A DNA stretch of 35,586 bases from Atractiella rhizophila (taxonomy: Eukaryota): NCBI GenBank assembly GCA_021432655.1, contig MU271296.1, forward strand, positions 68,515 through 104,100. The letters are read 5' to 3'. The notes under the pieces are model-generated. The model worked only from the letters and a program-made list of their open reading frames with translations, did not search any database and was not told the origin of the DNA. Shown piece by piece: positions 23,303 to 34,202 of the stretch (positions are counted from its first letter, which is position 1; each line of letters begins with the position of its first letter). The position numbers and the translations under genes are program-made.

Positions 23303-25072
23303 TTAAGCGGCCGGCAACCAATCGAAGTTCGCTTTGACCCTGCTAGACTCTTCAAACCACTTAGGATCGACCACATCCTCCTTCTGTTCCTTCAAGAACC
23401 TATTCCACAAAAAAAACGTCAGAATCTCCATCACATCAAACAAAGATCGGGAAGGGCAAGGTGACATACTTGAAAGCGTTCCTAATCGTAACATCGCTAA
23501 CACCAGTCTCATCAGCGATCTTCTTCAACCTCATCCCATCCACCCTCTTTGTCTTCCTCCCCTTCGCATCCGTCGTCTCCAATCCCAATCCAATCAAGTG
23601 TCCACCGAAATAGATAGCGGCAGCTGCAACAGAGATGGGTGATCTTCCAGCGAGGATGCCCTTCGCCTGAGCACGTAGAATGACTTCTCTCGCGACCATC
23701 TCCGTATATCCAATGGTCGGATGCGTCTGTCCGCGTCCTCCAGCTTGGGCTACCAAGCCCAAATGAGAACAGAAACGCGGCAATAGGTCCTCAGCCGTGT
23801 GACCTTTGGAGCCAGTATAAGCCGTTGAACCGTCACCGTAAAGCTGTAACGATTCTTCGAGCGCTTTAAAGCACTGGCCCATCGTCTTCTTCTTCACCTT
23901 CGTAACTGCACAAATCTCCTTAAACGTTCTCGGTACCTTTCCTTGTCTGCAAGCCACGAAGACACAAGCAGCAATGACGGCTTCCATGGGTTTACCCCTA
24001 AGCAGCTTCAGGTCCTCGACCCGCTTATAGATCTGTTTCGCAGTCTCCACCTCCGTCCTTCCCAGCTGAATGAGGTCGCACATGTTGGAAATATCCCTGA
24101 AGGCGTTTGCGAGATTTTTCTCGCCTCCCTTCTGCGCCGCGCGTTGAGACGCACGTTGAAGGTCGCGCGCGGTCCCCGTGTGGTTGTCCCGGAAGGAAAT
24201 CACAGTCGAGAAATCGTCCGCTGTGGAGAGGAACGGGTTGGAAGGGCCACCGACACGTGATGGGTCGTCGCCTTCGTCGTTGGCGAATGTTCGCCCTGGA
24301 CACAACACTCAGTCAGTATTTGTTCGTTTATTCGTTACTCATTAACAAAGTAGAATGAGATGTATGGACGGAATAACAATTTACAACGTTCCTCGTCACG
24401 TCAGCCGCTACATTCATGAACGAGACGAACAATTCCTGTAAGCACGTAGCAACGGTAGGTGTTGCGTGTATTCCATTGGTGCGGAATACGGTTAGTCATC
24501 ACGCGAACACGGGATTTGCCACCACGCATCTCAACCACCTAGCACGTCTAGCATGACGGAAAGCGGGAAAATGGGCAGAGGCATTACTCTTCTGTGAACA
24601 ACCCTGGCCAAAAAAAGCGTTTTGTAGAATAAGCCAAACATACACCTCCCCTTTTCATCATCAGGGAACAAGGGAAGTGAGACAATTTGCCACCAGTGAA
24701 GTTCATACCACGCATTGTCGCCAACAACTAAAAAAAAAAAAGAACGAGAAGGCTGAAAAACTCACATTCGCTCCTCGTATCCACGATCTTATCACCAACG
24801 ACCAATCCACAATCCGCACACACGACATCACCACTCCCATACTCCTCCACCAAATTCGGCGGATTCCGATTACAGTCCGGACAGATCAAGCGGACGGCAA
24901 GATCCTGCTGTATGTCAGAAAAGCTGTACATTAGGAGGAAGGAAAGGGGGAGGGATGTGAGGGGGAGATGTACCTGAGGCACGACTTTGGTAGAGTTGGA
25001 GGGGGCAGGGGCAGATTCTTCGTCGGTTTGAGTGTTAGGGTTGCGTGCTGGAAAGGGCATGCTCATCGCCAT
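23303..25072 (-). CDS. SUA7: Transcription initiation factor TFIIB; 4 exons (25072-24974, ~24907-24766, 24295-23470, 23399-23303)
   Basis: Zn ribbon LICPDC..NLVEEYGSGDVVCADCGLVVGDKIVDTRSE splices to WRTFANDEGDDPSRVGGPSNP (B-reader). Cyclin repeats AACVFVACRQGKVPRTFKEI and AGRSPISVAAAAIY..GVSDVTIRNAFK follow. Confidence 0.97.
24396..24506 (-). ncRNA. Intronic box C/D snoRNA candidate (~111 nt) in the 470-nt TFIIB intron (24296-24765)
   Basis: On the transcribed strand: box C GTGATGA (24502-24496), box D CTGA (24404-24401), terminal stem TCGCG/CGTGA. Internal hairpins GTATTCC-gcaccaat-GGAATAC and GCAAC-acctacc-GTTGC. Box D lies roughly 85-90 nt upstream of the ACTGAC/CTGAG branch region. Confidence 0.7.
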
Positions 25073-25689
25073 GTTGTCTGTTGGATGTTCGGAGTGCGTG
25101 GGAGTGGATTGGGTGGCGGTCTGATGGTCGTTCGATGGATGTGGCAAATGGTTGTTGGTGATGACTTGTGCTCCAAAGCGAAGTAGGGTTAGGTCTCTGA
25201 CTCAATATTTTGGGCAGGTCTCATGGTAGGGCTGAGATGGACCCAGGTTAGAAAGGTTCGTGATAGCCAGGAAGTAGGAGGTACGGGCTGCAGACTGCTA
25301 TGTGCTATGTGGTTCTGGGAAAAAGTGCGTCATTTACCGCAGTGTTTCGCAGAACGATTGCAGAGGGATGCGTTTGCAGAGCTCCAAAGAAATGCTCAGT
25401 TCATGTGGTATTAAAGATACACAAGCACTGGACGATGCACTGTTGAACGTTTGAAAGGGAGTACAAATACAAATGACATAACTGAGCCAGAAAAGGAATG
25501 AAATCCATGGGTACATAATCATGTCTTCCAGTATCTGGTGTAGCCCACAACTTGAAGGGAGACATTAATCTATCCCAAGTCTGTTCCGCCCGATCCATGT
25601 CTCGCCAATATAGTACACACATACGCACAATATCTTACAACGACAGCGTGAAACCCGCCACTTCTTCCAAAAAAAGAGAAAACCAAACT

Positions 25690-26663
25690 TTAAGCTTGCC
25701 GTTGATCCTCGTTCCCTCTCACTGTTTCATCACTTCCCCTCCTCGCTTCTGCTTCGTCTTGCTGTCCCGCTCCCCATTGCGTACCTGCCATGGATTCCGA
25801 TCCCATTGTTTGAGAGAAAGAGCGGAGGAGGTCTTCCAGGTTGGTGTCCGATGAAACCGTTGTGCGGGGTGAACCAGAAGCGGAAGAGTCGACGCCTCGT
25901 TCATTTGCGAGCGTCCAATCTTGGGCCATCGACGTCAAGGTTGGGAATTGGCGATTCTGGGGGAGATGGAGGTTGGGGATCGGTGGAAGTTGTTGTTGCA
26001 TCATTCCTAGGAGATTGAGGTTGTGTTCGGCCATCATTTCCAATCTGGCTTCTCGGCATTGGTCAATCCATCACCAGGAACAAAGAGCATGGCTTACATA
26101 TTCGAGCTTCCAGCTGCGCGATCCTTTCTCCATCTTGATCGTCAGAAGGGACGCGGGAACTTGATGAGCTGCCGAACGAATGGCTTCGTCCACGTAACGG
26201 TGCGCTGCTGCTCGAGCGAGAAGTCGAAGGTGATGGAGGCCAAGTGCAATTCATTTCTTCAGGCTGAAGTCCTCTTGCTCTGGCGCTCCGAATACATGTA
26301 CCTATCCATTTTAAATCAGCGATTCCCTATCTCGGTGAGGTGATGTTGAACGCGTTAAGCTGGGGTGGAGAACGAACCGCAGATTGGCCGAACACCGTCA
26401 CACCTGCATACGGAACGAGACGGTCATCAAAAACGCGCTTTGATCCACATACGCGAAATACAGAAACAGAATGTGAATGCTTACCGAACTTTTCGAGACC
26501 TACATACGCGACACGCCGTATTTCTATCCAAAGGTGGAGCCTTCATCTGGCGAACCGCAAACCTTTCCATACTCGAAAATAAACTTGTATTACAAACGAA
26601 CTTGAAAACGGGTATAATGCGGGTGGCCCTTACCCTTCCTTTGACGAGATGGGCGTCATCCAA
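25690..26663 (-). CDS. Short Zn2Cys6 protein (zinc cluster, coiled coil, short tail); start may be ATG 26663, 26570 or 26546
   Basis: Spliced exons give LDRNTACRVCRSRKVRCDGVRPICGTCIRSARARGLQPEEMNCTWP, then RIAQLEARISRLEMM (dimerisation coil). Stop at 25690. Confidence 0.85.
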
Positions 26664-28791
26664 ACCATCTTATATTTGATGACTAGCCGAGATGCATGTC
26701 CACTCCTGTGTGACGCCACTGACGTGCCCAACTCCCGTTCCCAGCCGGGGTGGATGCGCCCATGTACGGATTGGAAAGGGAGTTACTGGAGGCAGTTCTC
26801 GAGCCTTCTGATGTTCAATGCAACTTTGAGCCTCAGGCTTACGCAGCTTTCCGAAGGCTTGGACTGATCGTTAGCCGAAACCGGCTTGGCTCCACTGACC
26901 GGGAAGATTGGGGGAGGAAGGACGGGTTGTGACACATCTTCCACCCCTTCATAGATTTTGCCACCGTTCAATATGCGGATGAGTTGAGCGGCAGAGAAGC
27001 ACCAATTTGTTGAGATTCCTCGTCGCAAGGATCTAAGTCCTCTCAATACCCGCCGCTGCCATGCGAACCACTTTTTGATCGACACTGTTACCTTGCTTAC
27101 ACATTAGGAACAATAAGCTTTGTAATCCTCTTGGGGCTAGGAGCTCGGAAAGTAGCTAGCAAGGGAGCGCCACCAGTCCTCCTGCGTTTCGGGAGCATCC
27201 ACGGGATGACATGACTGCTCTCGCTTCTTCCTGCAACCCGACGTCGGGCGGTCGGCCCTGCGGAGCTGACGAGCGCGTATAAATATATCAACAACAGAAC
27301 CAGACGGAATAACGATCTCAGGGTAATTGAGCACGGAAATCTTCCCGGGAGTGGAAGCCTGAGCTACAAAGTTGGTCTGGTTGAACTTTTGTTACTTGCT
27401 GATGACCGCGATGACTTGGAGTTACTGAACCTATCGGCTGTATTCGAGGTTCGGGCGAATAAAGGCCTGCGCACTGAAGAGTGGGTTGGACAGCGCAGCG
27501 CTTATCCAGGTGAATCGGTCCAGGAACGTCAAGTGGAACGATTCAAATCTTGCCGTCGAGTAACGTCTTCGCGTTATCTATAGCTCGAGTCAATCTACTC
27601 GCTTTCAACTTTTCAACTGGTGTCGGTGTTTCGTCACTCGTCTTCTGACTCACTCGACCACTCACCTTCGTGATTGCTGATGGGGTACGAATCTTGGGTT
27701 TGATACAGAGCAGATGATATACATAGGTGTCCGCCGCTTCCCACAAGCGCCATGTCCTTTCGCGTTTCCCTTAGTTTCTTCGGGACCCTCTTCTCAACTT
27801 CATTTTACAAACTACCTTGTTTGTTTCCTTGCCCTAAAGTTGTTTGCCACATTATGTGTTTCTCTTCTCGATCCAAGTTTTCGCATTCGAGCATATTCAA
27901 GCGTTCGACCTACTTCACATACTCCAACTTCTTTATGTTCTTACGTCTGATGTACTAACTCCTGCTTATTTTTTTTGGAGTACATCGGCATCGGCATTGC
28001 AGTGGGGGAGAATGTTCTGACGTGAGCGTGAGTAATCTTGAACAAAAACACCAGAAACATTTGCTTGAGAATCTTCGGTCAGACAGTATTCCCTACAGGT
28101 GGATAAGAATACATTGCAACAACAAGATTTTACTCGTGTCCGAGTTGAGGAGACACAAGGGTTCAAGTTCAACTATAAGTCGAACTGGCTTTAAATTTTA
28201 GGCTGCCAAGGGTCTAACCGTCCAAAGCTGCTTTGGTCGCAGCAGCAGGTTTGCCCAGTATTATGATGCCCTTGAGCAACGGGAATGGATGACTGAACGA
28301 CTAGCGGTACTGTAAGCTACTATGGGAGGCCATGCACACTACATGATAAGGAATCCAAATGCCCGCCATCAAAGGTAGTATGCATGGAAAAGGAGATGAG
28401 TTGCTCGAATATCATTCCCTCATCCGCCCCTCTTGTGTATACGGAGATGTTTTCTGGCTATCGTCTTCTGATTCTGATCAATGAGTCTTTGATATACCCT
28501 GGATAGGAAGACTCTGAGAAATCTGTCTAACGGACTGATGCTTTTTCCTTGCAGGTTCTGTCCCGGGTCGTGGGTTGACGCTCGTCAGCGCAGAAAGCGC
28601 CGAAATGTCTGATCAATCTGGCCGTTTGTTTGTGGCCGAGATCCGTGCCGCTTATCCAACTTTCGGCCGCGCACATCCATTGACATTGACGACCATCCTT
28701 TTTGACGCGCTCTTCTCAAAAGTTCCAGCTTCCCAGGACTGAAACTCTCCTGATTTACCAAAGTAAGTGTTGAGACTTTGTGTCACCAGAA

Positions 28792-30914
28792 ATGCTGACG
28801 AAGAATATCGAGATGGAACCCGAAAACCGCGACTCTCAAATAACGCTCACGGATGAGCGCACGCCCCTCCTTTCATCTCCTCCCAAATCTTCAAAAACTT
28901 CAGCTCCATCTACCTCGTTAGGAGCAAACAAATGGCAGATAATCATTCTCTCCTTTTCGCGATTTGCAGAGGTCCTCTTTCCTCTCATTATCGTCATTTC
29001 GTCCCATGGATTTGAAATCTGACTCTTGCTTTTGGATTACGTCGCGTGTTTGTTTTTTGTTTAGGGAGTGACTCTCACTACCACTCTACCGTTTGTGAAC
29101 CATATGGTGGAAGATTTACGCATTACCAGAGATCCTGAGAAGGTCGGGTATTATGTTGGACTCATTGTTTGTCCACTTCGTTGTTAATGAGCTCGAATGC
29201 AGACATTACCGCGCAGGAATCTTCGTTCGCATTGGCACAGTTCCTTACTGGTTCGTTATACCAACAGTCTTACTACTCATTGGTAACCTTTTTCTTCTAG
29301 TATTCCAATGGGGTCGCCTTTCAGACCTTTATGGACGGAAGCCTATCATCCTCATGTCCCTCCTTGTCGTTTCCTTCGCGTCTATATCTTTTGGGCTATC
29401 AAAGAGCTACAGCGCGATGATATTCTCTCGTGTTGCTGCAGGAGCTCTGAACGGACTCATAGGATGCGTGAAGAGGTTTGCTTCTGCCTTCCGTCAATCA
29501 AAGCAACTTAGAAGCCCTCCTTTGCAGCATGATTGGAGAGTTGACGGACGAACACAACCAGGCGAGAGCATTTGCCATTCTTATGGTTTGCTGGTCAAGT
29601 GGTGCCATCATAGGGTTTCTTTTCTCTCACATTATCTTTGCCCTCGCTCACAGTTCGAACAGACCGCTTATTGGTGGATACCTCTCTCAACCCACAACTC
29701 GATATCCCAACTTCTTTGGACACGGCAATCCTTTCCATGATTTCCTCCGACAATACCCTTATGCGCTCCCAACAACTGTTGCGGCTCTTTTACCCCTTTT
29801 CGCCTTCTTTGTCATCCTTTTCTTTGGGCAAGAGGTTCGTAAATCACAACTTCCTTTCATTTGTTCCATCTGCTTATTAATACTCTGACGAGACAGACAT
29901 ACAAAATGAAGCTCTCCCATAAAAAACACGTTCCACCTTCTGACGAAGAAGGTGAGGAAGAGGATATCGACGAAGAAGAAGAAGAGGGAAGGGGACGCTC
30001 CAACTCACCTTCTCGCAAGTTCAAACATGCGATGCGCGCACTCATGACGCGTCAGATCGCGCTGCTCCTCCTCAACTACTTCGTACTCGCCTTTCAAGTC
30101 ATCTGCCTTCAATCACTTCTTACCCTCTTCTGCTACACCCCCGTCCTCATCGGCGGGCTCGGTTTTACGGTCTCTGATATCGGAAAGGCTTTATCGTTCC
30201 TTGGCTTTTGCAGCATGCTCAACCAGTTTTTCATCTTCCCAAAACTTCAGAGGGCACTTGGCACCCTAAGACTGTACAGAAGTGCGATGCTCGTATACCC
30301 CATCGTCTTCGCCCTCTTCCCAGTCTGTAACGCCGTCGCCAGAGCGCATTATACACCTCCTCCTCCCGAAAACAACGAGTACAAACGCTATGTCTGGCCA
30401 ACCCTCGGCACGCTTCTAGGACTCAGAGTATTCGCAGATCTAGTCTGGGCATCTCTCCTCGTATGTCTTCTCTCCTCCTCTGCCAACATTTGTTTCATTT
30501 GTCAGCCATTGATTGATGATCCCCTGCTGGTTACTTTCGCAGATAATGGTGAACGATGCAAGCCCCTCTCGTTCCCTCCTCGGCTCTCTCAACGGCGTCA
30601 CACAAAGCGCCGCCTCCTTAGGACGAGGATTGGGGCCTATGAGCGCAACATCCCTCTTCGCATTGAGCATTGACTGTCGGTCCCTTCCTTCCTATCCTCC
30701 TGCCCTTCTCACTGACTTTGATTCTGCAATAGACAATCTGCTTGGAGGGAAACTTATCTGGTACGCGATGATCTGTTGGACCGGAGTCGGGGTTGCCTCC
30801 AGTTGGTTGCTCCAGGAGATCAAGCCGAAGTGGAGGGAGGGGACGAAGGAGAGGAGAGACGAGGTGCTTGTTGCCGAAGCGGGAGCTTTGGAGGAGGAAG
30901 AGGCTGTTTTCTGA
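28792..30914 (+). CDS. Major facilitator superfamily transporter (DHA1/ZIFL-like), multi-exon
   Basis: N-terminal ERTPLL, then KWQIIILSFSRFAE..LPFVNHMVEDL..PEKVGYYVGLI. MFS motif A WGRLSDLYGRKPIIL. Also SRVAAGALNG..KSMIGELTDEHNQARAF, GPLIGGYLSQP, YPYALP, GGLGFT and LGSLNGVTQSAASLGRGLGP. Confidence 0.93.
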
Positions 30915-32252
30915 GCTGAGGCTGACACGAACGACGGTGCGACTGTAGACTACTAGTAGGAAACTGGTGCTAATCCTTGCTTTGCTTCGCTTTGCAGTGT
31001 TGTAGGTTTGTTTGGAATCATATCTTCTTTGTAATGTCAGGATACATGAACGCAAATTTTCCTCGGCTCGTCAACATCGCGCTGAGTGCTACGAATAAGG
31101 GATTTCATCATGAAAGAAAGGATTTTGGGATGATACTTACTACTCGCCTCCTAAATGCTCAACGCGTTACCATTCAGTTCCAAAAAGCCCCGCCTCACTG
31201 GCACCTTGTGCAAGGTATGTCATTGCTACGTGTCGTGTCATTAAGTAGCCACCAATAAGCTATTAGAGCGCCAAACAGAACATGGTGGAACATCAGAAAG
31301 TGCTACGAACTAAAGCATCACGAGAACTAGTGCATACTTCTATATCTTGATGATGGCGACCAACTCATAATTCACATGAACGGTAGCCGGTGATGTGTCC
31401 AACCCCTTTCAGAAGCAGGAAGAGATGCGGTCTTAACGAGCCATTTGATATCATGTCATGACCGTTTGAGGGGCGCATAACCTGAAGATCATACCCGGAA
31501 CTTGAAAAAGACGGTTGCCAGTGCTATTTACTTTCTCAACTGCGATATGAGATAGTCGCTGCCCAGAGCATTGGGAAACATTCATGCTTCACGGACGAGT
31601 CTTGGTGGAAGTTCGGCGGAACTGGAAATGGAAAACAGCAGCAAAAAGCGTAATAAACAAGTAAACTCAACGGTATGAACCGTGATTGATACAGACCTTT
31701 TCTTTTACGGTCATTGGTCTTCTGGATGAAGTATCTAAAATTAACGCCGACAGAGTTCAAGCTTGTACAACAACTTTTCCTCAATGGCAAAGGCGAAGCG
31801 AAGTGCCAATCCAAAAGAAGGGCAGTCACATGTCCACAGAACAAATAAGGTGACGTGACTGAAATGATTTCCTTCTTTCTAGAACATGGGCAGTCCTTCA
31901 TTGCGGCGAAGTAAGCATCATATATGTTGGAAAGCGATGGCTGAGAAAAACCAACGGTAGGGCACGTGCACGACAGACCACGATGTAACCAAGCATATCT
32001 GGCAGCCAAACAATTGGCTGTGAGGATAAATGAAAGAATGTATGCAACTTTGAACAAATTTATTAACGTAGCTCAGCGGGGCTTCGATCAAGGGCATTGA
32101 AAGCTTTGACAGCTTTTGGAAATCTCGAAGGAGTTGGGCGGAGCTCAAGCAGGTCTTCCGCCAACATTCCATGGCGTGCCAGCTGATTGAAAGGCCTAGG
32201 TTTAGGCTGACGATCGAGCATCGTTTGTGACATCAGATCTGTTAAATAAACC

Positions 32253-34202
32253 ATGGAAGGCTCGATTCCATCGGCTGCTCGTTTCGTCCGCTGGACCCAG
32301 CCACCTCCTCGTTTAATTTTAAGCGTGCAAAATCCTGCAAACCAGCAGCAACTTCAGATCGTCCCTCAACGTGAAAAGGAAAACCCATTTAGGACGACCC
32401 CTACCGTCATCAAGGCAAGTTGATGCAATCAACTTGGACGGTCCAAAGAGGCTGAAGATTGTCATGTTATGTCACTGCAGTTGTCATTAGTGTAGGATAA
32501 AAGCCTTCAACATAACTTTGTCTTGCTGAACCCACGAACCATCTCTGACGTCAAGGCTCAGAAAAGAACAGGAATAAGCATAGGAATGGCGCAAAGATTT
32601 TATGAAGAGTATCAAGGACGCTTCTATGTCGCCAATCACAATTACTTTTATCCGTACGCTCCGCACTACCTTCATCTCATCCTGCTAACAGAATGTCTTC
32701 ATCCTTCATTAGCGTTGACTTGCCTGAACAAAGGCGATGGAGTATCATGCATGAGGTTAGTCTCCGCACGGACGATCATCTAGAAAACCTTGACTGTGAT
32801 CTAGCTTCTCAAAGCTCATTTATGTGAGCATAGTCCTTCCCATAATCTCGAGCTGTATGGATTGAGATTGCCCTCAAAAAAGCCGGAAGCCTGACGCTCC
32901 CAGATATGCGTCTTGACGACCTGTCCGTTCCCATCCCAGGTGTCCGAGGTCGAAGAGACCCAGGTCCCAAGAATATCCTCGACATTGGATGTGGCACTGG
33001 AGAATGGTTCGCTATTCATTTCTATGTCTTCAAAACTCGCTGAATGATCAAGGGTTTTGGGTATGGCCGAGCGTACGCTTTCAACATCGTTGGTGTCTAA
33101 TGTAGCTCTGATTGTTGCGTGCTGCACAGGGTATCCACAAAGTCAAGTGATAGGTGCGTCGTTGCCGCCATCCCATCTGGTCAGGCGCTGAATAGGATGC
33201 AGGCGTGGACATTGCTCCCGTTCAACCGGAACGACCACCTCCCAACGTTGAATTCTACCGACAAGACGCAAATGAACGCTTCGCATTTGAGGATGTAGGC
33301 CTTGTCATCCTCCAATTCCAGACAGCTGACGCTCGTCACATCAGAAAAGCTTCGACTTTGTGCACATTAGGTACACGGAGCCTTCTTACCTGTCCCCGCC
33401 AACGACTGAGTTTGATTCTCAGGTTTCTCGGCGGAGGGGTACGACTGTCTTTTAAAGCGAATGGGCTAGTAATGAAGCAGACAGGTTATCGACTGGGCAC
33501 ATTTGCTTCGCGAAGTATCCCGTATATTAAGAGTCGGCGGATTAGTCTCTCTATGCGAGAAACGATTTGCCAGTGAGTATTCCCTCCGCTTCTGCCGCAT
33601 CATGTAGACGTGGGCAATTAGCTTCATACAATGATACAAAAGGGGAATATTTCGAAAAGTTCCAAGCTTCGGTCGTCCTGATACATGCTAGTCATCGTGT
33701 GTTTTCTTTCTTTCCACATTCTTTTTGAACTGGCAGCCACACTGACGTGCACATTGTACCATGCACAGACGTAGCCCCCTTGACGGTCGACATCAAAAGA
33801 TATCTACAACAAGACGGGAGCTATTCACACATTCTTCGCGAGTCTCATCTTCCCTTTCATTGCTCAAGCTGAATAGCCCCAGAACAACAAATCGATATTC
33901 CGGCTGGAGAATGGCCGCAAGAAGCGACCTTGCGTTTCAGCGGGCGTCAAATGGCAAAGGCCATCGAAGCTGAGTTGGACAGTCTGAGGAGAGCATATCA
34001 TACCATCGGTTTCACGGATTCGGAAATTGAAGAGTTCAGAGAGGGAGTGAAGGAGGAATTGAATGATAGGAATAGACACGTGTGGAGTAAGTTTTTGGTC
34101 CCGTCTCTCCTACTTCTCTCTCTCTCTCTCCGGGAATGAAGGCCGACAATTGGGGGGGCAACAGTTCCATTCTTGTATTGGGTCGCAATGAAAGCCCAGT
34201 GA
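32253..34202 (+). CDS. Class I SAM-dependent methyltransferase (fungal LaeA-like/Methyltransf_23 type), many small exons; start uncertain
   Basis: FYEEYQGRFY..NYFY; motif I NILDIGCGTGEW; YPQSQVIG-VDIAPVQPERPPPNVEF..QDAN; SFDFVHIR. Last exon WIPFLYWVAMKAQ* ends at 34202. Confidence 0.85.
34115..34130. repeat. (TC)8 microsatellite in the last intron of the methyltransferase gene
   Basis: tctctctctctctctc read directly, lying between the GTAAGT donor and the ACAG acceptor. Confidence 0.9.

Noticed and set aside
25034..25192. TTAGGG-like hexamers (TTAGGGTT, TAGGGTTAGG)
   Set aside because: Isolated copies, one within TFIIB coding sequence; not an interstitial telomeric array.
25690..34202. Zn2Cys6 + MFS + methyltransferase as a secondary-metabolite cluster
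   Set aside because: No PKS, NRPS, terpene synthase or other backbone enzyme in the window, and these families are abundant throughout fungal genomes.
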